The notes under the pieces: generated by a model | The model's input: the letters and a program-made list of their open reading frames with translations, nothing else | The model's database searches: none | What the model was told of the DNA's origin: nothing | Part shown: positions 1 through 11,639 of the stretch, in pieces | Layout of the letters: every line of letters begins with the position of its first letter | Position numbering within the stretch: position 1 is the first letter of the stretch | Assembly (NCBI GenBank): GCA_028534125.1 | Contig: CM052816.1 | Location: 78,060,001-78,124,000, forward strand | Source of the DNA: Lama glama | Taxonomy: Eukaryota | Direction of reading: 5' to 3' | DNA: 64,000 nt | Made by a program: the position numbers and the translations under genes

Positions 1-819
1 CCTGAGGAAATGTGAACTATTTTCAGTACGTGGTCAGCACTGAAGCAATGATTATTTAATATGATTTAAACTGGGGCTAGGTATGCCAGAGAGGAGGGAC
101 AGAGAAGGGAAAGGCTATCCAACAACACAGGTTAGAGGTAATGAAAGTCTGAAACAGTGTGAAGGCAAAGGAGATGAAATTGAGGGGGCAGATGAGAGGG
201 ACACTAAAATATAGAATTTATAGGAGACAGAGGATACCCTGAAATTCTAAATGGAAACATAAAATAAGAAAAATAGCAAAGTCAGAAGGAAGAGTGAGTT
301 CCAAAAGAGATGAGGAGTTGTGTTCTGGGTATTCTGAGCTTAACATCCTGGTGGGCTTGTTTCACAGGCAACTGAATGTGCCTCCGGAGTGCAGAAGCAT
401 GTGTAGGATGGAATTAAGAGGAACAGATTCAGTTGCTGCAAGTAATGATAACTGAACTTAAAATAGTTCATCTCCTTGACAGGAGACTAGGAAAAATAAT
501 GTCCTTCTACTCTAATATGGAGACAGTGGGAAACATAGACAGTAAAGGAGGCTGAGAATAATAAGAACAAAAAGGTAGAGATTGTCACACATGTCCAGGC
601 TGCCTCGCTGTATTGAGTTGAGAGAGCAAGAAGGAATTTGGCAGAAGAGTTGTTTCAAAGAGTGATTCTGTCAACAAGGGGAACAAACACTGTAAAACGA
701 CAGCTGAATTTGGTGCTTAGAAAGTCTTTTACTTTTAAAAACATTAAAAGAGATTGCACAACGTCTTCTGATAAATCCTCAAAATACTAATTTTCCAGCT
801 TCTCCAGAGCCTTTGAAAG

Positions 820-921
820 CAAAGTGTATGGGGTCTCTGTTTTGCTTATTGTGGTATCTCCAACACCTAGAATAGTACTTGGACCAGAGAAGGTGCTCAA
901 TAACTTTTGTGGAATGAATGA
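820..921 (+). mobile_element. L2 3' end fragment
   Basis: cacctagaatagtacttgg...gtgctcaataacttttgtggaatgaatga is the typical L2 terminus. Confidence 0.7.
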
Positions 922-1049
922 TGTGATCTCTCTGCTTTCCCTTCACATCAGCCTCTCTTGCTCTTCATTTCCTTCCCTACTGAGCTAAGAATCCATGATC
1001 TTACATATCTTATCAACATCCTAAATTATATGGCCCCAGTGTCCTTCTA

Positions 1050-1720
1050 TTACATGTTTTCTATTTGTCTCTCTTTCCGTGAGTTTCTAGGATCTTCTCC
1101 ATAACCCTGGTGTCCTAAAATTTCATGATGCATGGTTTGCTGTGAGTCTTTTTCATTCATTGTGCTGAGCACTTGATGAGTGCTTCTTTCCATCTTTCTA
1201 CCTGGAAAATATTTGTTTTTCAGTTCTGTAACTTTTTTTGGTGGGGTAGGGGTAGGGCAGTAGTAACTATTCTTACCTAATTGCATCCTCTCTGCTCTAC
1301 ATTTCATCTTTCTAAAACTTTCTGGTCAAATACTAGATCTTGAATTGACCTTTAGATCTGTTTCTTCTTTCTCACTGTGTTTTATTCTACTTTCGAGGAG
1401 ATTTCCTTGACTGTATCTTTCAACATTCCTATATTTTCCCCAGTATCATTCATCTATTTTCCAAGAGCTCTTTCTTGAACTCTAAATCTTCAAAAAAATT
1501 TTGCAGTATTCTAATTTAGTTTCTTGGCTGCAATACTCTCTCTTTTCTCTCTGAGAATATTAATTATAGGATTTTATTTCTTGAAATATTCTTGTTTCCT
1601 GCATTCTCTCTCTCTGAGTTTGCTTTAGTCACTATATTAAGGATTTCTCAAATGTCTTGTGATGCTTGTCTGTCCGTTAATTTATAAGTGTAAGGCACTA
1701 AAAAGCTGATTAGATACTCT
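1050..1720 (-). mobile_element. Ancient L1/HAL1-like fragment
   Basis: T-rich degenerate antisense ORF1-like sequence; appears to continue at about 2830-3247. Confidence 0.5.
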
Positions 1721-1724
1721 CTGT

Positions 1725-2556
1725 CAGGGGTCAAAATCCTCTTCCATAAAGGGTCAGACAGTTAATATTTCAGTCTGTTGCACCTACTCAACTCTGCCAT
1801 TTTACTGTAAAAGCAGCCACAGATAATACAAAAATGAATGAGCAAGCATGTTCTAATTGAACTTTATTGACAGAGACTGAAATTTGAATTTCATAGAATT
1901 TTCATGTGTCATGAAATGGTTTTCTTATTTTGATTTTTTTTTTTAAAAAAAACCATTGTGGTAGGGAGAGTAATGTGCCCTAAAGATTTCTACCTCCTAA
2001 TCCCTGGAACCTATGAATATGTTATCTTACCTGGCAATGGGGAATTAAGATTTCAGATTGAATTAACATTGCTAATCAAGTGGTCTTAAAATAGGACAAT
2101 TATCCTGGGTTATCCGAGTAGATCCAATGTAATCACAAGGGTCTCTAATAGTAGAAGAGGGAAGCAGAAGAGAAGGACATAGTACCGCGATGCAAAATAA
2201 CTCAGCTCACTGTTGCTGCCCTTAAAAGATGGAGGAAGGGGGCCATGAGCCAAGGAGCGACAGTGGCTTCTGGAAGCTGGAAAGGGCAAGGAAATGGATT
2301 CGACCTTGAAGCCTCCAGAAAGGAGCACAGTCCTGCCAACACTCTGATTTTTAGTTCAATGAGATTTCTAATCTACGTAAGTGTAAGAGTTTGTGATATT
2401 TTAAGCCACTTAAATTTGGGGCAAATCTGTTACAGCAGCCATAGGAAAACAATATAACCTTTTAGAAATGTAAAAACCATTCTTAGCTTGCAGGTTATAA
2501 CAAAAATAGGTTATTTGGGCTAAATTTGGCACATGGGCCATCATCTGCTGACCCTG
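1725..2556 (+). mobile_element. MER58B-like hAT-Charlie non-autonomous element, split by an MLT1D-like LTR
   Basis: Terminal inverted repeats caggggtca (1725) and tgaccctg (ends 2556); internal ataaagggtcagacagttaatattt and ctactcaactctgccatt motifs. Confidence 0.8.
1957..2456 (+). mobile_element. MLT1D-like MaLR solo LTR
   Basis: Starts tgtggtagg...cctaatccctggaacctatgaatatgtta, ends acagcagccataggaaaacaatata; flanked by accat/acctt (4/5 target-site duplication, TSD). Confidence 0.85.
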
Positions 2557-2566
2557 GTATAAGCAC

Positions 2567-2780
2567 ATGAGCCAGACTGCCTGGGACTGAATCCCGGTCC
2601 TGCCGCTTAATAACTGTAATTTTGGGTAGGCAATGCAACTTCTTTTGGTCTTATCTTCCTCACCTGAAAATAATGATAGTAACACTGCTTCCATCATAGG
2701 ACTGTTGTAAGCATTAAATAAAATAGTACATGTAAAGTGCTTAAAATACTAACTCACAGTAAATATTCAGTAAATGCTAT
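2567..2780 (+). mobile_element. MIR SINE
   Basis: MIR core: gaatcccggtcctgccgctta...ttcctcacctgaaaataatgatagtaac...taaagtgctta. Confidence 0.75.
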
Positions 2781-2829
2781 AATCATAATCATAATCATAG
2801 AAGGGAGGGGATGAAACATATCTCTGTAT

Positions 2830-3247
2830 GAGGATTTTCACCTTACCTCAGCTTTGAATGGAATACAAAGTCTCTCTAACAGACCAACCTAGAAGTAATT
2901 CCTTAGCCTTGTGTGTTGGTGAGGGAAGGTGGGAAAAGAGCAGGATTCTGGCTGTACAGGGGAGAGGAGGGAATTGCTGGATAAGCCAGTTCATCTTTTA
3001 TAGGCTTCGCCCAGCACAGCCAAGGTTTCAGCTTTCTCTAGTTAGCCAAGTCAGTTACCATTCATGCATCTGGTTTCTAGCTTCCAAGTTTCTTGACTTC
3101 TCTTTTCTGCTGTCATCTCCTCTCTAATTCCCTTCATCTGTGTGGATTCATGCTTTTTAGAATGTTTTTTCTGTCATTTTAGTGGGGTTTCAGGAAGGAG
3201 CAGAACTGAATGAATGTGTTTAACTTACCATATTTAATTAGAAGTCT
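2830..3247 (-). mobile_element. Ancient L1/HAL1-like 5' end fragment
   Basis: Reverse complement begins gacttctaattaaatatgg...ccttcctgaaaccccactaaaatgacag, resembling old L1/HAL1 5' ends. Confidence 0.45.
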
Positions 3248-3665
3248 TAAACTCAATTATTCTATTATTCCTGCCCTCAAAAAACAAGGACAATAATCAC
3301 CTATATTTAAAAGAAAACTTTTTAGCTACCTTTCAAAACCAATATATTCTCACTTTAAAAAATGTTGCTTCCAACAATATGTGATCTTTTACAAGGGTAT
3401 TTTAAATAAAACTTTAAAGCTTTCAGTAAAACAATTGACAAATTATAACTTAATTTCAGAGCCTGCAAGTAATTTCACACAGTTTTGATAGTTTATTTGT
3501 GTTATGAATCAATGACAAACTTTTTTGAAAAGTGGGCAAAACATATGCATGTTAAAAACACTATAGAGTAAGTTCTATGTCAGATGTTTTCTCTTGAATG
3601 TTTATTAAACAATAATTATAATTCATATCTACTCAGGTACACTAACCAGTGGGTATATAACATTC

Positions 3666-3729
3666 TTTTTTTTTACATTTTTTATTGATTCATAATCATT
3701 TTACAGTGTTGTGTCAAATTCCAGTGTTC
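3666..3729 (-). mobile_element. Young lineage-specific L1 extreme 3' tail (about 64 bp)
   Basis: 3668-3729 is the exact reverse complement of 9181-9242 and includes AATAAA and an A-tail. Confidence 0.9.
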
Positions 3730-3954
3730 TTATTTATTGATGGTGGTTGTATTTTGATTCACTGAATGACTGGCTACAGCAGGGATCTGCATTCTTATCT
3801 TCCTAAACCATAACTTTAGTCACCAAAGAATCTGTCAAACTCAGATTCATAACATTTTCAGAGACATAGTTAAACAGCATCCTGAGATCTAACTTCCCAA
3901 TTCTACAAAAACTGTAAATTGCCTAGGAGCTATAAAGAAAGGAGGAAGAAGGCG

Positions 3955-4095
3955 AACAGATATTAAAACCTGTTACTGATAAGTCCTGTTCTGGGTGCTT
4001 TAAATACATTACCTAATATAATCTTCAAAATAACCTGACCAGGTGGATCATGCCCTATTTCATGAATAAAGAAAATGAGGCTGTAGAGAGCTTGG
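3955..4095 (-). mobile_element. MIR fragment
   Basis: gtgctttaaatacattacctaatataatcttca...aaagaaaatgaggct matches antisense MIR. Confidence 0.55.
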
Positions 4096-4626
4096 GAAAC
4101 TCAGGACTGAGGGACAGGAAGTCCCAAGTAATACAGTGTAATTGTATGTCTCAGGCATCATTTACAAAATGTGCTCTGGAACTATGTAGTAGATTTTCAG
4201 TCATTCATATATATTTTTCTAAGTTCCAAGTATTAGGCCTAATGAAAAAACAAAAATCTATATTTGAATTTTTAGCATTACTCTTTATATTTTTTACAGA
4301 GATACACCATTTTTTCTCAAAGGAAGACACCAGAACCATTTTCTAAATCATTTGACTTTTTAAAAATGTTTAAAAATATCATTTTTTCCTCTATAATGTC
4401 CTTCTCTCCCCCAGTCATCAATAGTTCACTGCTTTACTTAAACAACTAATACTGGGTAAAAGCTATAAATTATTGTTAAGTGATCAGTCTTTGTAAAAAG
4501 AAGGGAAGATACCTTTTCATCATTTGCTCATTCTCAGTGAGGTGGCAGGTGCTCAAAAATACCAGGTGAAATGTTCCTTATCTAGACAGATAACTACTAG
4601 ATACAGGGATACAGATTTAGAGCTAT

Positions 4627-4730
4627 GGAGTGGTGGGTACAGCTCAGTGGCAGAGTGCATGCTTAGCATGTACAAGGTCCTGGGCTCAATCCCCAGTACC
4701 TCCATTAACAACAACAACAACAACAAAAAC
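4627..4730 (+). mobile_element. tRNA-Ala-derived SINE (vic-1 type) with (AAC)n tail
   Basis: A box cagctcagtgg, anticodon arm catgcttagcatgtac, B-box-like gggctcaatcc, then an (aac)n tail; related to 13419-13527. Confidence 0.88.
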
Positions 4731-5032
4731 ACAGACAAAGACCTATGGAGAAAAGTACAGAAAGATACATACAAGCCTTATGGGGCAAAAATAGGATAAT
4801 GACAGTAGCACCAAGAGGCAATTAATAAAATGGTAGTAGTAGTAGTAATAATAAATTTTTTGAAAAGTATATATTGCGTGTATATAAAATTATGATTCCA
4901 CTTAAATAACAAAACTTTGAAAAAAGCCAAGTAGAACTATATCTGTTATTATAAGGTTGTTTATGTTATACTTTCAAGTAAAAAAAGCAAATTATAAATT
5001 ATTTCTATATATATAAACAGAATGTTTTAATC

Positions 5033-5059
<27 letters not shown>
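5033..5059. repeat. (TG)n microsatellite
   Basis: Directly visible. Confidence 0.95.
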
Positions 5060-5063
<4 letters not shown>

Positions 5064-6073
5064 ATAAAATATTAATAAAGGGAAAGGTGTAGAAGGACAT
5101 AAACCAACGAATCTTAACTCAGATTATCTGACAGTGATTGGAGACATTTAAAGATCTCTGGAGCACTGGGTGCAAGCTACTGCTAGTAACTTTATTTCCT
5201 GTATTCTTTCTCCTTCACATCTGCTCTCTTGTTCACTGGGGGCTTATCTGCCTAGAAGCTTAACTCCTGGTGTGATTACCAGTTCTTGCTCCAGCTTTCT
5301 CTGGCCAATACCAACGATTCTCTAGCATGGCTGATCAAACCACGGAGCTGGAGAAATGTCTCTGCAGCATCTCATAGGCTTGACTGAGGCTTTCCTGATA
5401 AGGGTTTGTAGTGTGTGGTCATTTTCCCAAAGGGACAGCCCCAGAATCTGGGCTGGGGTCACAGTCCAAAGGAGCAGTAGGGGACAGTCAGGTGGAGTGG
5501 GTCAAGTTGCTGGTAGTACCCTACTGCCAAATCAAACTTCAAGTATTATTTCCTCCCATCACCTATGTCTAGGGAAGGCAAAACTCCATGAATATGATGG
5601 GTCCTCATGTTCCTGCCAAAATCTTAGTCTACAAATAGTGACTGCAATACAAGGGAGTACAGCATGTTCCTTCAGTAGAGAGTCTAGCATATTGGAGATT
5701 CTTGATAGATATTAAAGAGCACTGACACTGCTTTGAGCAAAGTACATCCAAAGAATTTGGCAGGTATTTTTATACGAACAGAAGAAGTCATTTGGTATTT
5801 TTTATAAGGTTATACATGCTAGAAGGTAGAAATTATACATGAAAGAGACAAGAAATCCGTTTTTAAAAATCCACCTATTATGTATTTATATACAATTAAG
5901 GCTGTATTAACAACTACCTCAATATTGCCTTCCTGATCTCTCTCCCCTCCTCTCTTTCATATCTCCATTGCATTATGTTTTCATATAACAAAGATAGTTA
6001 TTTATGCTACTATTTTTAATGATTTCTTAGAAATACACTGAAAATCTCATTTTATGTTACCTTTTCAGAATAA

Positions 6074-6470
6074 CATTCATTCACCCATCCATTCAACAAA
6101 AAGTTATTAAGGATCTGTCATCGTTATTTGCTCTGGGAATACAGCAGGGAACAAAATAGACAATAATCCTTTCCCTCATGGAACCAAAATCCTACTGGAG
6201 GGAAGTAGCCAATAAACATATAAAATATATGTATAGTATGTCAGATGGTGATCAACATGGAAGAAAGTACAAGGGACACCAAGTGCCACTTGTGGGGCAA
6301 AGGCTGCAATTTTACATAGTGTGGTGTCAGGGAAGGCCTAGCTGAGAACAGGAAATGTGAGCCAAGTACTGAAAGAGGTGAGGAAGAAAAGCCACGTGAA
6401 CGTCTAGGAGAAGAGTGTTGGAGGCTAACAGGCTCAGCGTAGGTAAAGGCCCTGAGTCAGGGTGCATGCT
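6074..6470 (-). mobile_element. L2 fragment including the 3' end
   Basis: cattcattcacccatccattcaacaaa...ggaatacagcagggaacaaaatagac...cagggaaggcct matches antisense L2. Confidence 0.75.
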
Positions 6471-6688
6471 GTTACCTCCGCTTTGTCACCTCCCCTACTT
6501 TACTCCAACTAAGCACTAATCTCCCTGCTGTTGCTCAGATATATGCTGGTGAATGGGGGTGGTGAGGGACCAGGGAGGCGGTGCATACCTGCAGAAGCTC
6601 CTCTGAAGTGGCCATCTTCTCAGACTGAAAGACAGCCTATCATCATGTGACTGAGAGGGATGCCGGGCAAACAAACACTCCGTTTGAG

Positions 6689-6833
6689 CAGCATCGCGCA
6701 ACAGAATTTTCTGCAATGACGGGAATGTTTTCTATCTGTGCTGTCCAATAAGCAGCTGGTATGACTGAGGAACTGAAATTATTTTAAAATGAAACAATCC
6801 AATGTGGCAAGTGGCTACCATACTAGTCAGCAT
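6689..6833 (+). mobile_element. MER3-like hAT-Charlie element
   Basis: aacagaattttctgcaatgacgggaatgttttctatctgtgctgtccaata...atgtggcaagtggctaccata. Confidence 0.75.
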
Positions 6834-7948
6834 AATTCTAGAATAAAGGTAGGTCTTAAGATAGGAATTAATCACTGACAGACACCTTACTTCTAAGAAA
6901 ACAAATATGTTTCATTTAATTTGCTTAAGCTCAAGTTGGTCTAATAGGACTTCTATGATTAAACATGGCAATTATGGTAGCTTTACTTAATTGTCACAAA
7001 ATGTATGTATTAACCATTAGATGCCATGTAATTCTTCAGCTACTTGTGTGGAAAAACTATGGTTTCTTACCTCAGCTTTAGTGTTTCCCTATAGATAATT
7101 ATTGTTGAAGTAGTAGTTAGGAAAATTTTAAATCTGTTTTTAAATCAAACTGTTTCCTGCTAGCAGGTTTTTGCCTCTCAATTTGTCTTCAGGTGACATA
7201 CACACATGCAAATGTAAAAATATGAAGGAAATATAATGAATAGGAAGCTATCCCTTCACATCTTATTAAATTCTAACAAAATAGAATAAAAGACTATAAT
7301 GAGCAGAATGGCTTAAGACTCTTTGGGGGTCTGAGGGGACTGGCATTCAAATAGCTTTGTCTTCTACAAAACTAGAAATAGGAGATATATTAACTATCTC
7401 AAGAGATATGCAAGGCCAATGTTTAAAAATTATACTCAACTTTATAAAAATATATGAGCTCTAAGAAAAAGGCAAATATATATACAAACACACACATATT
7501 TAGACACACACACATACGCTATACCAAACACATCACTATTAAAACTTCAGAAGAAAACTTCAGGTTTTAGAATTTCTATATTTAAATCAACAGCACCCAG
7601 AGACGATGAAAGCCAGTTACTAAAAAATTTATTGCTTATTTAAAACTCAGTTTACAATTCAGAGGATTTTTAAAATCTCTGAGCTGTTATGAAGCTTTAT
7701 GGGGTTTATAGTAGAGATGAAAACAGAAATAAAAAGATCTGACAAACAGAAAATACCAAAGATATTTCCAGCATTATTAATATGGATTCTTCTTTCCTCT
7801 ATCATTACTTTTTACCTTATTCCAAGAAAAGTGACTAACTCATCTGTCTGAAAAGACAACTATTTTCCTGGGGCCTCTTTCAAAATGCAAATGCTTAATG
7901 GGTAATTTTATTTGAAAGAATATTATTTTTTAAAACTTTTAAAAAGAC

Positions 7949-8050
7949 CTAGAATGTAAGCTCTATGAAGGCAGGACTTTTTGATAATCTACAGTATTCC
8001 CAGTGCCTAGAATAGTGCCTGTCATATAGTAAGTAGTTAATAAATATTTA
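7949..8050 (+). mobile_element. L2 3' end fragment
   Basis: ctagaatgtaagctctatgaaggcagg...cagtgcctagaatagtgcctg...taaatattt. Confidence 0.75.
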
Positions 8051-8823
8051 TTAAATTAATAATTTGACCAGAACCTTTTATTAAAATAAGATAACCAATC
8101 TGTATTAAAACATTAGTGCAGATTTTCATTTTAACATTAGTAATCTAGAGTCATTCCACTTAAAATTCTTGTCTTACCATCTATACATATAACAAAGCCC
8201 CTTTAAAGCTTACTGGTAATTCAAAGAATTAGCCAAAGGCTTTTATATTCATTATTTCTATGGTTATGGAATTCTACGATCCCTATCCAATTCCAAAATT
8301 TATTTATTCTAATAATGATCTAAAATTGAAAAGAAAAAAATGTGAAACATACTCAAATGGAATGTTGTGGAATGTCCAAACAAAATATTATTTAAATTAC
8401 TACAGAAATCACTGCATAAAAACTGAAGAACCATCCTCGTCATTTTAAGGTTTTCTTAAATCTTTTAAAATGTATTTTCTAGTTCTCTGCTTAGTCTCGT
8501 TTTATATTACTATAAAATCCTTCACTATCAAAATCAAGTACATTGAGATGTCATACAATAAACTAGTTTATGCTTTTTAAATTTTATACCAACAGATCTA
8601 GTTTATTTTAAAAACAAAATCTAATACGCGTTGGAAAATACTGAGCTGGAATGTTTGCTGAAATCCTGTTTACTGCAAAAGTCGCAATGTTTTATCAACT
8701 AACACTGAAGTTTAAATTAGGGCTAAACTCAGGAAATTGATCTTCATAATATTTTAACATGATGTTTGTCTTTATAAGGTAGTTTTCTTCCAAGAAAAAC
8801 GGACTTAAATGTCCTTGACTTAC

Positions 8824-8998
8824 AGTCAAATTTCGATCCCAGATCTGTATGCTTCCATTCTGGCAGGCAGCTGCTATGAGGTTTCCATCTCTACTGTATG
8901 TGCACGTGGTGGGAATTACTTTTTTACCCTGAATCGTCCGTGGTTTAAACACACTTTTTTGCTTCTTTGGATTTTCAACATCCCATGTCCTCACAGTC
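8824..8998 (-). CDS. WDR70: Internal coding exon of WD repeat-containing protein 70 (175 nt; starts with the last base of a split codon, ends on a codon boundary)
   Basis: Translates G|TVRTWDVENPKKQKSVFKPRTIQGKKVIPTTCTYSRDGNLIAAACQNGSIQIWDRNLT, matching mammalian WDR70 as I recall it, with a WD40 end motif (GSIQIWD). Acceptor ccttattctttttAG (AG at 9000-8999); donor GTAAGT (8823-8818). Confidence 0.95.
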
Positions 8999-9042
8999 CT
9001 AAAAAGAATAAGGAGATTTTCATTTATAAAAAAGAAAGTATT

Positions 9043-9250
9043 AAGGGATAGACTGGGATTTCAAAATTGTAGAATAGATAAACAAGATTACACTGTATAG
9101 CACAGGAAATATACACAAACTGTTATGATAAATGTGACAATGAGTGTGTATATGTCCATGAATGACTGAAAAATTGTGCTGAACACTGGAATTTGACACA
9201 ACACTGTAAAATGATTATGAATCAATAAAAAATGTAAAAAAATAAAAAAA
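9043..9250 (+). mobile_element. Young 5'-truncated L1 3'UTR insertion with TSD
   Basis: Near-identical to 54717-54918; AATAAA plus A-tail; perfect TSD aaagaaagtatt at 9031-9042 and 9248-9259. Confidence 0.92.
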
Positions 9251-9872
9251 GAAAGTATTTTAAAACACAAGAGTCCAAAAACATTGTTTCACCTTTTATG
9301 CATATAAATATAATGGTTTTAAACTTACTTAATATTTAAATGATACTTAAACTTACTTAAATATTTTAAATAAAATGTACATTGTAAAACATTGTCCACT
9401 TATAAATGAGGTTATTCACTGAAATAAAGCGAACTATACAAATTGTGTTCTCATCAAATCAAATAGCAAGTGGCAAATTCTACTTCAAATCTATGTTATT
9501 AGTTCTGACCCTCTAAAGCAGTAGCTTCCAAACAATTCTCATCAGTAAAACTGTTGAGCATATACCTCCTACATACACACATTATTTTCTAAATAACTTG
9601 CATATGCTTATATATTGTTATATAACATACACCAGAAAACACACTGGAAAAAACAGGTTACTGAAAAAGAATGATGTCCTGCTTTAGGGCCCAGGCAGCA
9701 TCTCACGCCTCTTGAGGAAGCTTAATACCCTGAGTTTTCACCAAGTAAGAAGTAACAGGAATCTAAGCTGGGGGAGGGACAGAATACCCTTCTGCTCAGA
9801 GTCCCAGGCAAAGGAGTACTGCCACTAAGGGAGACTAAAATAAAATCTATAAGACCCAGAGAGAGAGAAGAA

Positions 9873-10001
9873 AATAATAATAATAATAGTAGTAGTAGTA
9901 GTAGTAATAATAATAGTAGAAGTAGTAGTAGTAATAATAATAATTATAATAATAGTAATAATAATAGTAATAATGATAGTAATCATCATCATCATCATCA
10001 T
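9873..10001. repeat. Compound trinucleotide microsatellite (AAT)n/(AGT)n/(ATC)n
   Basis: Directly visible; source of the poly-Y and poly-I pseudo-ORFs. Confidence 0.95.
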
Positions 10002-10199
10002 CTTCAAAAAACAAAGATGAGTTCTTGGCAGAAATCATCTAAGCCAAACCACTACAGAAAAACATCTCTGAAGTTCTGAAAGAAAAAGTAGTCAATCTAA
10101 TATTCTACAGCTAGATAAAATACATTTCAAAATAAGATGAAATAAAGACTTTTTCTATGCCTAGACGTCTCTTACTGATGCATGGATGATAGACAAAAC

Positions 10200-11380
10200 T
10201 TACTGGGATATAACACATAATGAAATTCATCTTTTCAAATGTGCAGTTCTATAAGTTTTGACAAATACATAGTTCTATCACTCCAGAAACTTCCCTTATA
10301 TTGCCTCATTATAGAAAACTTCTCTCCCCAGTTTTAACATTTGGCAACGATTGACCAGTTCTCTATTCCTATAGTTAAAAGCTTTATCCAATATTATATA
10401 GCAGGAATCATACTGTATGTATCCTTTTCAGTCTGGCTTCTTTAACTTAACATAATGTATCTGAGTTGTTGTTACATATATCATTAGTCCATTCCTTTTT
10501 CTTGCTGAATATTATTCCAGTACATGGATATAACACATTTTGTTTATCCACTTGGATTTATCCAAATGAAGGATACTGGGTTGTTTCCAGTTTGAGGTGG
10601 TTACAAATAAAGTCACTATAAATATTCACGTACAGGTGGGGTTTTTTTGTTGTTGTTTTTTTTTTTGTAAAATAAGTTTTTGATTCTCTTGGCTAAATGT
10701 CTAGAAATGGAATTGCTAGTCATATGGAATGTGTATGTTTAACTTTATAAGAAATTGCTAAACTATTTTCCAAAGTGGTTATTCCATTTTTGCATTTCCA
10801 CCAGCAATGTATAAGAGCTTCATATCCTTATCGGCACTTGGCAGTATCAGTTGTTTATTTTTAAGCCATTCTAGTAGGTGTGTGTAGGTATTGTGATTTT
10901 AATTTACTTTTCTTAAATGATACTGAAGATCTTTCTATGTACTATTTGTCATCTCTTTCTCTTATTTGGTGCAGTGTCTCTCCATATTAAATATTTAGTT
11001 GCTTATTTTCTTATTATTGTGTTTTGAGAGTTCTTTAGATATTCTGGACAAACGTTCTTTACCAGACATGTGTTTGGCAAATATTTTCCAAGTCTGTAGC
11101 TTGTTTTTTTTCATTTTTAATAGTCTTTCAAATAGCAAACATTTTAAATTTTGATAAAGCCTGAGTTATCAAATTTTTTATGTCATATCTAAAATTATTT
11201 GCCTAAACCAAGGTCACAGAAATTCTCTTCTGTTTTCCTCTAGAAATTTTATAGTTTTAAGTTTTACAACAAGGTCTATGATCTATTAGAATTAGCTTTT
11301 ATATGTGTTATGAAGTCAGGGTTCTTTTTTTTTTTTGTATATGGATATTCAATTGCTTCAGTACCATTTTTATATGAGCA
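10200..11380 (-). mobile_element. Old L1M fragment (ORF2 end and 3'UTR)
   Basis: Antisense L1 hallmarks: gtctggcttctttaacttaacataatg, gggttgtttccagtttg, ttttccaaagtggtt...cattccaccagcaatgtata-like. Confidence 0.85.
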
Positions 11381-11639
11381 TTATAAAGCCTTACCCCTCA
11401 TGAATGTTTACTTGTCTCCGTTCACTAATGTTTTGCATAGTTAATATGCACAAAAATGTTGAGAAATACTTCATGTGCCTTTTTTTTCTGCCCTTGGTTC
11501 TGCAACAATGGGGATAAATTATGATAGCTTCTCTTTTTTTTAATAACTGAACATCTCCAAATGTCAAATGATACTTTAGAATTATGATATGAAAGGCCCC
11601 ACACAAGTACTATAAAGTATCATTATCATTATCTGGCTT

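Noticed and set aside
4627..4704. Functional tRNA-Ala gene (also 13419-13493)
   Set aside because: Disrupted stems, simple-repeat tails and no immediate T-run terminator; these are SINE copies
8695..8994. 99-aa ORF as a standalone gene
   Set aside because: It is the WDR70 exon read from an internal GTG and through the GTAAGT donor into intron
9825..10038. Poly-Tyr and poly-Ile/Thr ORFs
   Set aside because: Translations of the trinucleotide microsatellite
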